A DNA stretch of 64,000 nucleotides, from assembly GCA_963848305.1 (NCBI GenBank), contig CAWKDC010000003.1:179007-243006 (forward strand), read 5' to 3'. Of this stretch, positions 19,872 through 29,936 are shown in pieces. The translations under genes were made by a program, and so were the position numbers. Below the pieces are notes generated by a model that saw only the letters and a program-made list of their open reading frames with translations, was not told the DNA's origin and made no database searches. Within the stretch, counting starts at the first letter, position 1, and every line of letters begins with the position of its first letter. This DNA comes from an uncultured Gammaproteobacteria bacterium. Lineage in GTDB: Bacteria; Pseudomonadota; Gammaproteobacteria; JABCZS01.

Positions 19872-21092
19872 ATGCAATTTACAGAAAAACAGATACAAGC
19901 GCTGAAACCCAAAGAACAGCGATATGATATTCGAGAAAAAAGTGGGAGTGGGTTCGCGGTACGTGTTTTTACCTCGGGCGAAAAATCTTGGATATTCTTT
20001 TATAACTTTGAGGGAAGAAAACGTCGCATGACCCTGGGTAGTTATCCAGCGCTTAGTTTAAGCGAGGCGAGATCTCTTCATCGTAATGCTCTAACCATCT
20101 TAGCTCATGGGAATGATCCCGGTTTAAGCAAACAGAAAGAAAAACTTGAAACGCGCTTATCTGCCACCATCGAAGCTCTAATTCACGAATATATAGAAAA
20201 ATGGGCTAAGCCTCGCAAGCGTTCATGGCAAGAAGATGAAAGAATTTTACTAAAAGATGTTCAGCCCGCATTCAGAAACAGAAAGGCCAGAGACATCACA
20301 AAGCGCGACATCCTGTTGCTTCTAGACAAAATCAAAGAACGAAACGCCCCAATTGCCGCCAACCGTACATTGGCTTGCGTGAGACGGCTGTTTAATTTTG
20401 CTGTCGAGCGAGACATCATCACCAGCAGCCCTTGCTCATCAATCAAAGCACCTGCCAAAGAGAATCGTCGCGAACGTTGTTTATCGCTTGATGAAATTAG
20501 GTGTGTTTGGGACGGCCTGCCTAAGGCACGCATGTCGCTAAGTACTCAGCTTGTTCTTAAATTCCAGCTTGTCACAGCGCAGCGTAAAGGCGAGGTCATT
20601 ACTGCTGAATGGAGCGATTTTGACATTACTGCTGGCTGGTGGACGATCCCTGCTTCAAAAGCAAAAAATGATCATGTAAATCGAGTCCCGCTCTCAAAGC
20701 TCGCGATTCAACTCCTTGATGAAATTAAAACGATATCAGGTGATTCGCACTGGCTTTTCCCTGCCGTTCGAGGTGATGGACATATCGGAGGCCAATCCAT
20801 TGATCACGCAGTGCGTAGAAGTATTGAAGTATTTGAGGTCATAGATCCGTGGACACCACACGATCTCAGAAGAACTGCGGCCACTCACATCACTGGCATG
20901 GGTATACCTCGTCTCGTTGTGAGCAAACTTCTAAATCATGCGGAGAATAGTGTGACAGCTATTTATGACCGCCATAGCTATGATGCTGAAAAAAAGCATG
21001 CTTTAGATGTCTGGGCGACGAAATTGCAAAATCTGATCGATGGCGTTGACTCTTCCGACAATATCATTGCATTGAAAAAAATCGGGGGTTGA
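19872..21092 (+). CDS. P4-type tyrosine integrase with N-terminal arm-binding domain
   Basis: GEKSW.F.Y...GRKRRMTLG.YP..SL.EAR; catalytic R (QRKGE), HDLRR, LNH, Y. Confidence 0.95.
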   Translation: MQFTEKQIQALKPKEQRYDIREKSGSGFAVRVFTSGEKSWIFFYNFEGRKRRMTLGSYPALSLSEARSLHRNALTILAHGNDPGLSKQKEKLETRLSATIEALIHEYIEKWAKPRKRSWQEDERILLKDVQPAFRNRKARDITKRDILLLLDKIKERNAPIAANRTLACVRRLFNFAVERDIITSSPCSSIKAPAKENRRERCLSLDEIRCVWDGLPKARMSLSTQLVLKFQLVTAQRKGEVITAEWSDFDITAGWWTIPASKAKNDHVNRVPLSKLAIQLLDEIKTISGDSHWLFPAVRGDGHIGGQSIDHAVRRSIEVFEVIDPWTPHDLRRTAATHITGMGIPRLVVSKLLNHAENSVTAIYDRHSYDAEKKHALDVWATKLQNLIDGVDSSDNIIALKKIGG

Positions 21093-21095
21093 TCA

Positions 21096-21908
21096 GTGGA
21101 GAGCGAAAAATTTCAAGAAATAGCTTTAAACGATTTAAAGACATCACCGACGTTTGGTGGTATGGAAATGCCCCGAAAATCAAATCCTAGAAAATCATCT
21201 CCCAAAAAAAGAAAGAAAGCAAAAAGGTACAAACCGATTGCACTGCATCTTTCTGATGAAAAGATTGCGGCAATTAAGGCTGATTTAGCAGTAATTGGAA
21301 AAAAATATGGTTTCAAGGAGGACTATGATCTTTATCAAAATCTACTTTCCTTGCGGAGTCACGTTGACGCACATGAGATTGCTGTAATGAACTACCCTCG
21401 TCCAGCAGAAACAAAAGACCAATTGGTAAACCTGTTGAAGACAGCCAAAGAGCTGAGCAGACTCTTTGCTAGAAATACTGCATTACAAACAAAGATTCGC
21501 TTACTAGAAGCTCCTGAATTATTTGCTCAGAGGGGATACACGAATCTAAAGCGCCAAAATGGTGATTGGCATTTTAATCAATTTCAAAAAGATCTTGATG
21601 TATTAATCAGGAATGCTCATTTTGCATTGGAACTTGTACCTGTAGATCAAGGTGGTAGGAAGGCATTTTGTAGAGCAGAAACGGCTATATTTTGGCTTGC
21701 TTCTTATTTTGGACAGGGCACAGATACGATACCTAGATGTGGCGAGAAGTATGAAAAGAATTGTTACATCGGAGAATTTTATGACTTTATATTAGACATC
21801 GAGGGATGTCTAAATGATGTAGGTATAGACCTGCCCAATCGTAAAACAATTGGAAAATACGCGACAATACAGTCCTCAAGATATAGAGCATTAATTGGCA
21901 AGAAATAA
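21096..21908 (+). CDS. hypothetical protein (island)
   Basis: 270-aa ORF directly after integrase; start uncertain. Confidence 0.7.
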   Translation: MESEKFQEIALNDLKTSPTFGGMEMPRKSNPRKSSPKKRKKAKRYKPIALHLSDEKIAAIKADLAVIGKKYGFKEDYDLYQNLLSLRSHVDAHEIAVMNYPRPAETKDQLVNLLKTAKELSRLFARNTALQTKIRLLEAPELFAQRGYTNLKRQNGDWHFNQFQKDLDVLIRNAHFALELVPVDQGGRKAFCRAETAIFWLASYFGQGTDTIPRCGEKYEKNCYIGEFYDFILDIEGCLNDVGIDLPNRKTIGKYATIQSSRYRALIGKK

Positions 21909-22034
21909 CAATCCATACTGGTGAACAGTGACACTACTTCTTTCAAAAAAGCATAGGTAGCGTCGCTGTGATCAATCAACAACGATGTGGTCTACTGAAT
22001 ACCGTTAAGCAATGGTAATTTAGGAGACACTAAC

Positions 22035-22229
22035 ATGCAATCTTGTCCTACCCAAAGCTCTTTGATTCGATACAAAGCATTAAAACAGCTAATTGGCGTC
22101 AGTCGCTCCACAATATTCAGATGGGAGCGTGACTCAAAGTTTCCACATCATTTCAATTTAGGTGGTAATACTATCGCCTGGCGCCTATCAGAGGTGGAGG
22201 AGTGGATTGCAGAAAAACAAAAAGCTTAA
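22035..22229 (+). CDS. AlpA-family regulator / recombination directionality factor
   Basis: LIR...L..LIGVSRSTIFRW....FP....LG...IAW..SEVEEWI; AGGAG RBS. Confidence 0.9.
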   Translation: MQSCPTQSSLIRYKALKQLIGVSRSTIFRWERDSKFPHHFNLGGNTIAWRLSEVEEWIAEKQKA

Positions 22230-22303
22230 GCATCAAAGGTAGCGCCGAAGGCAGGAATGGCAATCGGCGCAAATTAAGTTTCAAACACACAGGATTATAC
22301 CAT

Positions 22304-23287
22304 ATGGACAAATATATTGGTTTCAATAGAAACAACCTCCCCACCCCCACTGAAGTTTTAAATATGCTCAGCATCAAAATACCCAAGCCTAATCGAGGTG
22401 GATTTTTTGAAATAACATGCCCCGTACATTCTGGCGGCAAAGAAAAGCATCCTTCACTACATGTGCACAATGTGGACGGTTATTTTTTGTGCCAAGCCTG
22501 CAACGTTAAAGGTGGTGATGTCATCGATCTTTGGTGCCTTTATACAAGAGAAAATTTTAAGCAGGCAATTCAATCATTGGGGTGCAGTGATGATGCGGCT
22601 TTAGGAAGTGTAGTGTCACATGCCATGCCTTACTTCGAGAGAATGCTCGAAACTGGGAAGGACATACTCAAAGATAAACAAGAGAAAGCTCGGCTGTTAA
22701 AAAAGTCTGTGATGCGCCATAAACGCCTGGCCCAGCCAGCACCTGAAACCCATGGTTATTTGAAGCTTAAAGGGATCAAGCTTCAAAATCTGAAGGTTGT
22801 TGACGGGTACTTGATCATCCCTATGTACACTGGTCGGTGTCAGCTTGTTTCCTATCAGCGTATCTGGCCTGATCGTACAAAAAAAGTTTTAGCAAATACC
22901 CCTGTCTCGGGGTTATATGGCCTTGTCGGCCTTTACGATGAGACCAAGCCCATTATCATATGCGAGGGGCTCTCAAAAGCCTACGCAATCTGGGCAAGCC
23001 TGGGTATCGCATGTTTTATATCATTTGGACATAGTAACCTTACTGATGCTCTTAAAACAATCCTGATGCATTTTCAGCACAATGCTGAGGTGATCATTGC
23101 GGCAGATAACGATCCGCACGGATTTGGCTTAGAATCCGCAAGAAAGGCATTGGAATCCTTGAAGCTATATCGAATTAAAAATGTACGAATAGCTATCCCT
23201 AAAAAAATTGGTGAAGATTTTTGCGATCTTTATCAAGCTGAAGGCGCTGCTGCCCTTGTTGCTTTATTCGATGAGGTGATGGCATGA
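22304..23287 (+). CDS. primase-like protein (zinc finger plus TOPRIM)
   Basis: CPVH...PSL....F.CQAC..KGGD.ID zinc finger; IIICEG and IIAADND TOPRIM motifs; DFCDL. Confidence 0.88.
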   Translation: MDKYIGFNRNNLPTPTEVLNMLSIKIPKPNRGGFFEITCPVHSGGKEKHPSLHVHNVDGYFLCQACNVKGGDVIDLWCLYTRENFKQAIQSLGCSDDAALGSVVSHAMPYFERMLETGKDILKDKQEKARLLKKSVMRHKRLAQPAPETHGYLKLKGIKLQNLKVVDGYLIIPMYTGRCQLVSYQRIWPDRTKKVLANTPVSGLYGLVGLYDETKPIIICEGLSKAYAIWASLGIACFISFGHSNLTDALKTILMHFQHNAEVIIAADNDPHGFGLESARKALESLKLYRIKNVRIAIPKKIGEDFCDLYQAEGAAALVALFDEVMA

Positions 23288-25148
23288 AAACAGACATTGA
23301 CATAATTAACTGCGAACAATGCGAACAGCGTGAACAACCCAATGGCAACGTGGATTTACAAGGTTCGCATGACAAAACAGCATCTGCGAACGTTGCGAAC
23401 GATTCACATATAAACGATCATGATGAGTTGATGACAAAGATTCTGAGACCATCGTTCATTTGTCATGTTAATCCCTTTGTAAGAGATGGCAATGAGATGA
23501 GGGAGGGTCTTTATTGGCATAATGTCGTGTCCACGAATGATGGGCGAGTGGAAGTTGATGAATGGATCTGCACACCATTGCGTGTAGTTGCAATATCTTC
23601 ATCGCCCAAAAGCGACTTTTTTGGCCGGCTTCTCGAATTTCAAGATAGCAACGGAAAATGGCACACATGGGCGATGCCTATGCATTTGCTAAAAAGCACT
23701 GGTGATGAATTGCGTGCAGAACTGTTAGACAAAGGGCTAATTTTCGATCAGAAAAAACGTAACTTACTTACTCAATATATTTTGAGTGCAAACTCTGAGA
23801 GAAAAATTATTGCCGCAAGCACTGTTGGCTGGCACAAAAACTCTTTTGTTTTACCCGGTCATGTGATCGGCAATGATGATGTGATTTTTCAGTCCGAAGA
23901 GGCAGAGAATGATGAATTTGTAACGACCGGCACGCTCGATGGTTGGCAGACTGAAATTGGACTACATTCCGAGAATAATATCCCTTTAATGGTCTCAATC
24001 TCAGCTGTCCTTGCGGGCCATTATTTCGACGAGCCAATCGTCAGCAAGGTGGAGGTATTCATTGGATCGGGGATTCATCATCCGGAAAATCCACTTGCGT
24101 TGAAGTTGCGGCATCAGTTTGGGGTTCGCCTGAGCTCATACGCTCCTGGAGTGCCACTGCCAATGGTTTAGAAGGTATAGCATCTGTCCGCAATGATCTG
24201 TGTCTATTGTTGGATGAAATTGACGAGGCCTTGACGGATGAAGTCGGTAAGATTGTTTATTTGCTTGCAAATGGACGTGGAAAGCAACGAGCTGGACGCA
24301 CTGGTTTAGCAAGAAAAACCAGCAAGTGGTGCACAATGACAATTTCTACTGGCGAGCGTGATTTGTCATCAATCATTGGCGAGTCGGGTAAGCGTGCGAA
24401 TGCGGGTCAAATGGTGCGCCTTCTCAACATACCTTCCCGTTTCGAGCATGGTGTTTTTAGTGACTTGCATGGTTTTTCAGGTGGACGTGCTCTTGCCGAT
24501 CACTTGAAAGTTAAGAGGTTAGAACATCACGGGCATGTTGGTCCAGCCTTTATCAGAAAGTTAATTGATGAAAGGGGGGATTTGAGTGAAAAGCTAGAAA
24601 TGTTAACCAAACAGCTGATCACCTGCGCGATGTCTCATCTCGAAGAGCGTGCTGCAGGCTTATTTGCACTTATAGCCTTAGCAGGTGAATTGGGAATTGA
24701 GTATGGGCTGTTGCCGTGGAAAGAAGGGGGGGCTATTAATGCGGTTACAGAGGCCTTCCTAAGGTGGCAGGAATTCCATGGCGTTGGACATACAGAAGAT
24801 CAGCAGATCCTTAAATCAATAAGTAGTTACATTGAGAAATACGCAGATTCTCGATTTTCCTCATATAAAGAAAATTCTGACAATCAAGACAGCAGGCCTG
24901 TGAATGTCCGTTCTGGCTGGTTTAAAGAGGATGATAAAAATGGACGCGTTTACATGTTTACAGGTGAAGCACTTGACGAAGCAGCCGGGCGATATCCACG
25001 TCAACGCATTATTGATGCATTGAACAAATATGGCTGGATTGCAGAAAGAAGTGATAAGCGATGGACCAAAAAGGTCAGAGTACAGGGGATGACTAATGGA
25101 AAAGAACTCTATCACATCAGAGAGGTTGAGCTTGATCATGGGGATTGA
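23284..25148 (+). CDS. DUF927-family replicative helicase/ATPase, one frameshift near 24020
   Basis: WICTPLRV, FGRLLEF, VGWH..SFVLP; second frame gives Walker A GDSSSGKS, SW.ATANGLEG, LLDEI, ISTGE, GQ.VRL. Confidence 0.87.
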
Positions 25149-25554
25149 TGAAGTCATTAACAAGTTTTGTTCGCAGCCTATAGCGCGTCGCGAACATGTT
25201 GCGAACGCCAAAACGTCCGCCATTCCTGGACGTTCGCACCGTTCGCAGTGTTCGCACCAGCAAATCGTTACATCGAATCCAAAATCAACCTATCAGCTTG
25301 TTGAGGAATTTATTGACAAGGCGGCTGGGCTTGGTGTTGATTTATCATGGGATGATCAACGGTGGCTGAAGAACATGCTCTGGGATGTTAACATGGCTGA
25401 TGCCCATAAATTGTTATGTCAGTATTACATTGAATGGTGTGACGGTGCAGCTGCTGAAAAAATGGAGCACAAGAAGTGTAATGCTGGCCGACTTCGTGCT
25501 AACACTTTTTTGCGTGAAACTCTTTCATCAATGCACCAATGGAGAAAAAAATGA
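25138..25554 (+). CDS. hypothetical protein (island)
   Basis: ORF overlapping the helicase end; start uncertain. Confidence 0.55.
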   Translation: MGIDEVINKFCSQPIARREHVANAKTSAIPGRSHRSQCSHQQIVTSNPKSTYQLVEEFIDKAAGLGVDLSWDDQRWLKNMLWDVNMADAHKLLCQYYIEWCDGAAAEKMEHKKCNAGRLRANTFLRETLSSMHQWRKK

Positions 25555-26150
25555 ACGTAGAAGATATCAATAAGCCCAAAATTTATCATGTAAACAATCA
25601 AAAAGTTGAGGCCGAGCAGGGTATCAAATTTCGTGCGGATTCGAGTGATGGGCAGATACAATCGGATCAAATCACAAAACAACTTAATGAAGAGAGCAAG
25701 GAATATAAGATTGCAGAAGCAAAAGCATTTGCCGGAAGCTGGGGACAAACCACTCTGACTATTGAAATGTTGTGCGGTAGTCGCCTCGACATTAATTGCC
25801 TGATGGATGAGCTCAAAGTACAGATAAGGGAGCTCGTTGATGATGGTTCTCGTCAGAGCGCAATCATGTTGGCCAGCAGCTCCATCGCGTTAAATGTGCT
25901 TTCCCACAATTTGCTGCGTAATTCAAGCAAAGCAGTGAGCGTCGAAGAAGGCTTGGCACGCGCCGATCTTGCTCTGAAATCATTCGATCAGGTTCGAAAA
26001 ATGCTGTTAGCGTTGGATCAAATAAAAAGACCCAGGCAGCAGATTACTCAAAACAACTATTTGCAAGAATCCGTGCAAACAAACATTTTAGATCCTCAAA
26101 ACGAAAAGGTAGGGTCAACATTAAAGGGGGTGAACGATGAAGCAACGTAG
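25551..26150 (+). CDS. hypothetical helical protein (island)
   Basis: ~200-aa ORF coupled to both neighbours. Confidence 0.65.
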   Translation: MNVEDINKPKIYHVNNQKVEAEQGIKFRADSSDGQIQSDQITKQLNEESKEYKIAEAKAFAGSWGQTTLTIEMLCGSRLDINCLMDELKVQIRELVDDGSRQSAIMLASSSIALNVLSHNLLRNSSKAVSVEEGLARADLALKSFDQVRKMLLALDQIKRPRQQITQNNYLQESVQTNILDPQNEKVGSTLKGVNDEAT

Positions 26151-26355
26151 GTGGAACGAGGATCAGCGCAGACAACACAGTCAATTGATTCATAATGTTA
26201 GGCCCTGGGAATCTGGTACAGGCCCTCGTACGCCCGAGGGGTTGGCTATCAGCAAGATGAACGCCTTACGAACTGGTCTATATGCTGCTGAGCTTCGTGA
26301 GGCAAGAAGGCATTTAGCGGAATGCAGAAGATTAACAAGAAATATAGCAAGCTAG
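26137..26355 (+). CDS. small protein with TGPRTPEG motif, a type seen in integrated elements
   Basis: W...QR..HS.LI...RPWE..TGPRTPEG...S..NAL..G. Confidence 0.7.
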   Translation: MKQRRWNEDQRRQHSQLIHNVRPWESGTGPRTPEGLAISKMNALRTGLYAAELREARRHLAECRRLTRNIAS

Positions 26356-26459
26356 CTTATATATGTATTTTTATCAGAACCATTCATCCGGTTGCACTGG
26401 TGTGCAAGAAAGTGTATCATTCTTCAAACTGAAAACCCATTGAGTAGTAGGAGGGGTAG

Positions 26460-26945
26460 ATGAAGTTGGTAGTGAGAGGCCTGATCATGCTGGCAGGGAT
26501 GGCTCTGGTCTTGCCTATATATGCGAGCACAATGACAGCAACGTGCATGAACTTTGAAGGGCCACAAACAGATTACATAACAAACGCAATTAATCCTGAC
26601 AGTGATATAGCCTTCAATAAATTCGATGATCATAAATCAAAAATAAGTGGTGAAAAATCAATCCTCATTTGGGAGCAGGGTAATAGCACTGCAAAAATTA
26701 TGTTTAAAGGAAATGAAGCAAATGCTGCTGAACACTGGCACGATCTCATTTTGCTATCAAATGAAACCGCTCATGGTGAGCAACAAGTGACTTTTATTGG
26801 CATGTCTAGGGGTGCTCCAATCATGTATTCCGTTTACCCAGAGAGCAATGTTGTGATTTTTTCACAGCATAGTCACTGGAGCTTTGTGATGGAAGGTGTA
26901 AGGACTTTCATGTTCCATTCAAAATGCGATATTAAATTCAAATGA
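26460..26945 (+). CDS. secreted hypothetical protein (island cargo)
   Basis: AGGAGG RBS, N-terminal signal peptide. Confidence 0.75.
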   Translation: MKLVVRGLIMLAGMALVLPIYASTMTATCMNFEGPQTDYITNAINPDSDIAFNKFDDHKSKISGEKSILIWEQGNSTAKIMFKGNEANAAEHWHDLILLSNETAHGEQQVTFIGMSRGAPIMYSVYPESNVVIFSQHSHWSFVMEGVRTFMFHSKCDIKFK

Positions 26946-26977
26946 TTTTCTGAAGCCGAAGACACTGGAACAGTATT

Positions 26978-27376
26978 GTGATAAACAAGTTGATAGCTTT
27001 TAAATATTTTCTCACGGCAACAATTTTGTTAGCAAATACCATCGCAATGGCCGAATGGACAAGTGTGCTTTCAGAAAAGAATAGGACGTCATATATTGAT
27101 TTCGCTACACTCAAAAAAACAGGAGGTTTCGTAAAAGTATGGGGTATGGATGAATTTAAAACACCAGAAAAATTTGGGAAAGATAATGTTTCTTCGCTCA
27201 GCACACAATATGAATTTAACTGTAAAGAGAGATCAACTAGAATTATTGCTGGTTATTCCTATAATGAAATCGGGGAGGTTGAGGATTTTTTTTTACAACC
27301 AACGGACTGGCTACCAATTCCGCCAGGATCAAGGGCTGATATCATCATGAGCAAAGTTTGTGATGATGCTGATTAA
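26978..27376 (+). CDS. secreted protein, surface-adhesin E-like family (island cargo)
   Basis: signal peptide, then W..V.....YID...L......VKVW, EFNC..R..R, W.PIPPGS...I...VC. Confidence 0.65.
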   Translation: MINKLIAFKYFLTATILLANTIAMAEWTSVLSEKNRTSYIDFATLKKTGGFVKVWGMDEFKTPEKFGKDNVSSLSTQYEFNCKERSTRIIAGYSYNEIGEVEDFFLQPTDWLPIPPGSRADIIMSKVCDDAD

Positions 27377-27421
27377 TATCCCCTGTATCATATTTGGACG
27401 TCAGCGCATTGACGATCGTAG

Positions 27422-27928
27422 CTATTTTCTCTTCAATTTCCCCATATAGTTCGCATAACAATTTTTGACAGTGACTGAATCAGTTGTGTGAAAATTTTCA
27501 AATCGTAACTCTAAATGAATGGTAGCAGGATTATTAGGATTAAAGTTGCTTATCATAACATCAGTGGCAAGATAATGATTAAATTGTTGCTTTATTATGA
27601 ATTGAGAGTGCACCAACTGATTTTGATTGACTGTAATTTTTCCAACAGTTCCCGAAACGTGGTCATCAAACCTTGACCATCCTCCAGTTAACCTAAGTAC
27701 GACTGGATCGTCGCTATAAGGATTAGGATTTTCAATATCACACGTAATATTGTACCATCTATTAAGAACAAGCGAGTTTTCTAAATTTATTGTAAATGTC
27801 TTATTTGGTAGAACGGTGCCTCCTGGAAGGGGTACTGCATCAATAGATTTAGATTTTGCTTGCGAAGCTAATGTTATGGAAATCATCCCAGCAAGAATAA
27901 GTATCAGTATGCGTCCCTTTGCTTTCAT
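27422..27928 (-). CDS. secreted hypothetical protein (island cargo)
   Basis: GGAG RBS, signal peptide, two cysteines. Confidence 0.72.
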   Translation of the reverse strand: MKAKGRILILILAGMISITLASQAKSKSIDAVPLPGGTVLPNKTFTINLENSLVLNRWYNITCDIENPNPYSDDPVVLRLTGGWSRFDDHVSGTVGKITVNQNQLVHSQFIIKQQFNHYLATDVMISNFNPNNPATIHLELRFENFHTTDSVTVKNCYANYMGKLKRK

Positions 27929-28052
27929 TTAATCTCCCTATTTTCAATGAAGTCCATCTCTCAAAGGAACCCCACGGGGAACCCCAGGATTGTCCAGAAC
28001 CCAAGAAGAGGGCAGGATATTTTTAACCTATTGTTCTTATTGTTTTAATTAA

Positions 28053-28125
28053 AGCTGGCAACAGGAATCGAACCCGTGACCTACTGATTACAAATCAGTT
28101 GCTCTACCTGCTGAGCTATGCCAGC
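28053..28125 (-). tRNA. tRNA-Thr(TGT), integration target
   Basis: reverse complement GCTGGCATAGCTCAGCAGGTAGAGC-ACTGATT-TGT-AATCAGT...GGTTCGATTCC.GTTGCCAGCT; CCA not encoded. Confidence 0.95.
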
Positions 28126-28142
28126 AAAACCTTATTATGATA

Positions 28143-28224
28143 TACCGAGGGTCGGAATCGAACCGACACGACCGAAGTCACCGGATTTTGAGTCCGGCGC
28201 GTCTACCAGTTCCGCCACCCCGGC
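28143..28224 (-). tRNA. tRNA-Leu(CAA)
   Basis: reverse complement GCCGGGGTGGCGGAACTGGTAGACGCG-CCGGACT-CAA-AATCCGG, long variable arm, GGTTCGATTCC. Confidence 0.95.
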
Positions 28225-28508
28225 ATATGTGGGAGGGAGTATACCAGAACTTATAAAAAGTGGGAGGGGGGCTACTCAATAATTTTCAATTTTGTCTAAA
28301 AACAGATACAATCCAACGGCCAATTATTAGGCAGAAAATGATACCATTATCAAGTATTCATCATCCACTGAAACGATTGTTGGCGTCTGATCGGGGTGTG
28401 TCATGCCAAATCCGTGAGGCAAGGATGCCGAACAGAAGCCTACAGGGTTATATTCATGGTTTGGCAGCTCATCACCCGACATCAAGGCGCCTAAAAGGGT
28501 AACTCACA

Positions 28509-29540
28509 TTGAAACTACAAGACTTCGATTACATCCTCCCCGATGACCGCATCGCACGCCACCCTGCGCCTGAGCGCACGGGCAGTCGCTTGCTGGTTTT
28601 GAACGGGTCGGATGGCATCCTCAGTGACCGTCAGTTCAAAGACCTTCCTGAATTATTACGCCCCAATGACTGCCTTATTTTCAATGATACCCGCGTGATC
28701 AAAGCGCGCCTGTTTGGGCATAAATCAACAGGTGGACGCATCGAATTATTGATTGAACGGTTGCGCGGCACCCATGAAGCCCTCTGTCATATGAAGGGCA
28801 GCAAGGGACTTCAGCCCGGGGCTATCCTCCATTTCCAATCTGCCCAAGCCACGTTTCTTGGGCGTGAAGGGAATTGTGTCAACCTCTCATTCAGCCTGCC
28901 TGTGCTTGAGTTGTTAGAAACCCAAGGCGAAATGCCGCTGCCACCCTACATTGATCGTCAGCCCGACACGACCGATGATAGCCGGTATCAAACTGTCTAT
29001 GCGAAACATCCCGGCGCTGTGGCTGCGCCCACGGCGGGGTTACATTTCGATGAAGCCTTGTTGGAAACATTGAAACAACAAGGCATTATCATTGCCAGGG
29101 TGACATTGCATGTGGGCGCTGGCACCTTTCAGCCAGTGAAAGTCGAAGACATCACACAACATGAAATGCACGCGGAGTGGGCGCATGTCCCCAAAGAAAC
29201 TGTCGAAGCCATTCAAAAAGCCAAAGCGGCCGGCGGAAGGGTGATCGCAGTCGGCACCACCAGTTTGCGTTCGCTCGAGTCTGCTGCCACTGCACCTGGG
29301 CACATTCAACCATTTGAAGGTGAAACAAACATATTCATTTATCCAGGTTACACATTCAAGATAGTCGATGTGTTGCTCACGAATTTCCATTTGCCCAAAT
29401 CCACATTATTGATGTTAGTCAGCGCTTTTGCAGGTTTCGATCACATTAAGGTTGCTTATCAGCACGCATTAGACCATCATTATCGCTTTTTCAGCTATGG
29501 CGATGCGATGTTCATCACCGCAAAAGATCCGATTGCGTAA
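28509..29540 (+). CDS. queA: SAM:tRNA ribosyltransferase-isomerase QueA
   Basis: FNDTRVIKARL, PLPPYI, GAVAAPTAGLHF, LHVGAGTF, TNFHLPKST, YRFFSYGDAM. Confidence 0.97.
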   Translation: MKLQDFDYILPDDRIARHPAPERTGSRLLVLNGSDGILSDRQFKDLPELLRPNDCLIFNDTRVIKARLFGHKSTGGRIELLIERLRGTHEALCHMKGSKGLQPGAILHFQSAQATFLGREGNCVNLSFSLPVLELLETQGEMPLPPYIDRQPDTTDDSRYQTVYAKHPGAVAAPTAGLHFDEALLETLKQQGIIIARVTLHVGAGTFQPVKVEDITQHEMHAEWAHVPKETVEAIQKAKAAGGRVIAVGTTSLRSLESAATAPGHIQPFEGETNIFIYPGYTFKIVDVLLTNFHLPKSTLLMLVSAFAGFDHIKVAYQHALDHHYRFFSYGDAMFITAKDPIA

Positions 29541-29586
29541 ATCAATAAAACGCGTTACGATGTGCACATCTTCATAAGGAGTCAAC

Positions 29587-29919
29587 ATGATATCGATTAT
29601 TTCTAGCGCACATGCGGCTGATGCTGCAACGCCTCCGCAAGGCAGTGGTTTTGTTGAAATCGGCATTCTGATATTTTTCTTTGCTGTGTTCTACATGTTA
29701 ATTTGGCGTCCACAAGCCAAGCGTGCGAAAGAGCACCGCAACTTGATCAGCGCCCTTGCCAAAGGTGATGAAGTGGTGGTATCCGGTGGTTTATTAGGCC
29801 GCATCACTGATTTAGACGATCAGTATGTTGTGATTGCCCCCAGCGAAGGTGTATCATTGCGCTTTCAACGTCAATCAGTTGTTCAAGTGTTGCCAAAAGG
29901 GACGTTAAAATCACTTTAA
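29587..29919 (+). CDS. yajC: preprotein translocase subunit YajC
   Basis: FY.LIWRPQAKRAKEH, L.KGDEVV..GG..G, VLPKGTLK. Confidence 0.95.
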   Translation: MISIISSAHAADAATPPQGSGFVEIGILIFFFAVFYMLIWRPQAKRAKEHRNLISALAKGDEVVVSGGLLGRITDLDDQYVVIAPSEGVSLRFQRQSVVQVLPKGTLKSL

Positions 29920-29936
29920 TTGTTTAGGGATGAGCT

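Larger units (their letters stand above)
19630..28096. mobile_element. integrative element / phage-satellite-like island in tRNA-Thr (~8.4 kb)
   Basis: 44-bp direct repeat of the tRNA-Thr 3' half (19630-19673 and 28053-28096) flanks integrase, AlpA, primase and DUF927 genes. Confidence 0.9.

Noticed and set aside
19630-28096. Complete prophage or conjugative element
   Set aside because: No structural, lysis, relaxase or mating-pair genes recognised in 8.4 kb
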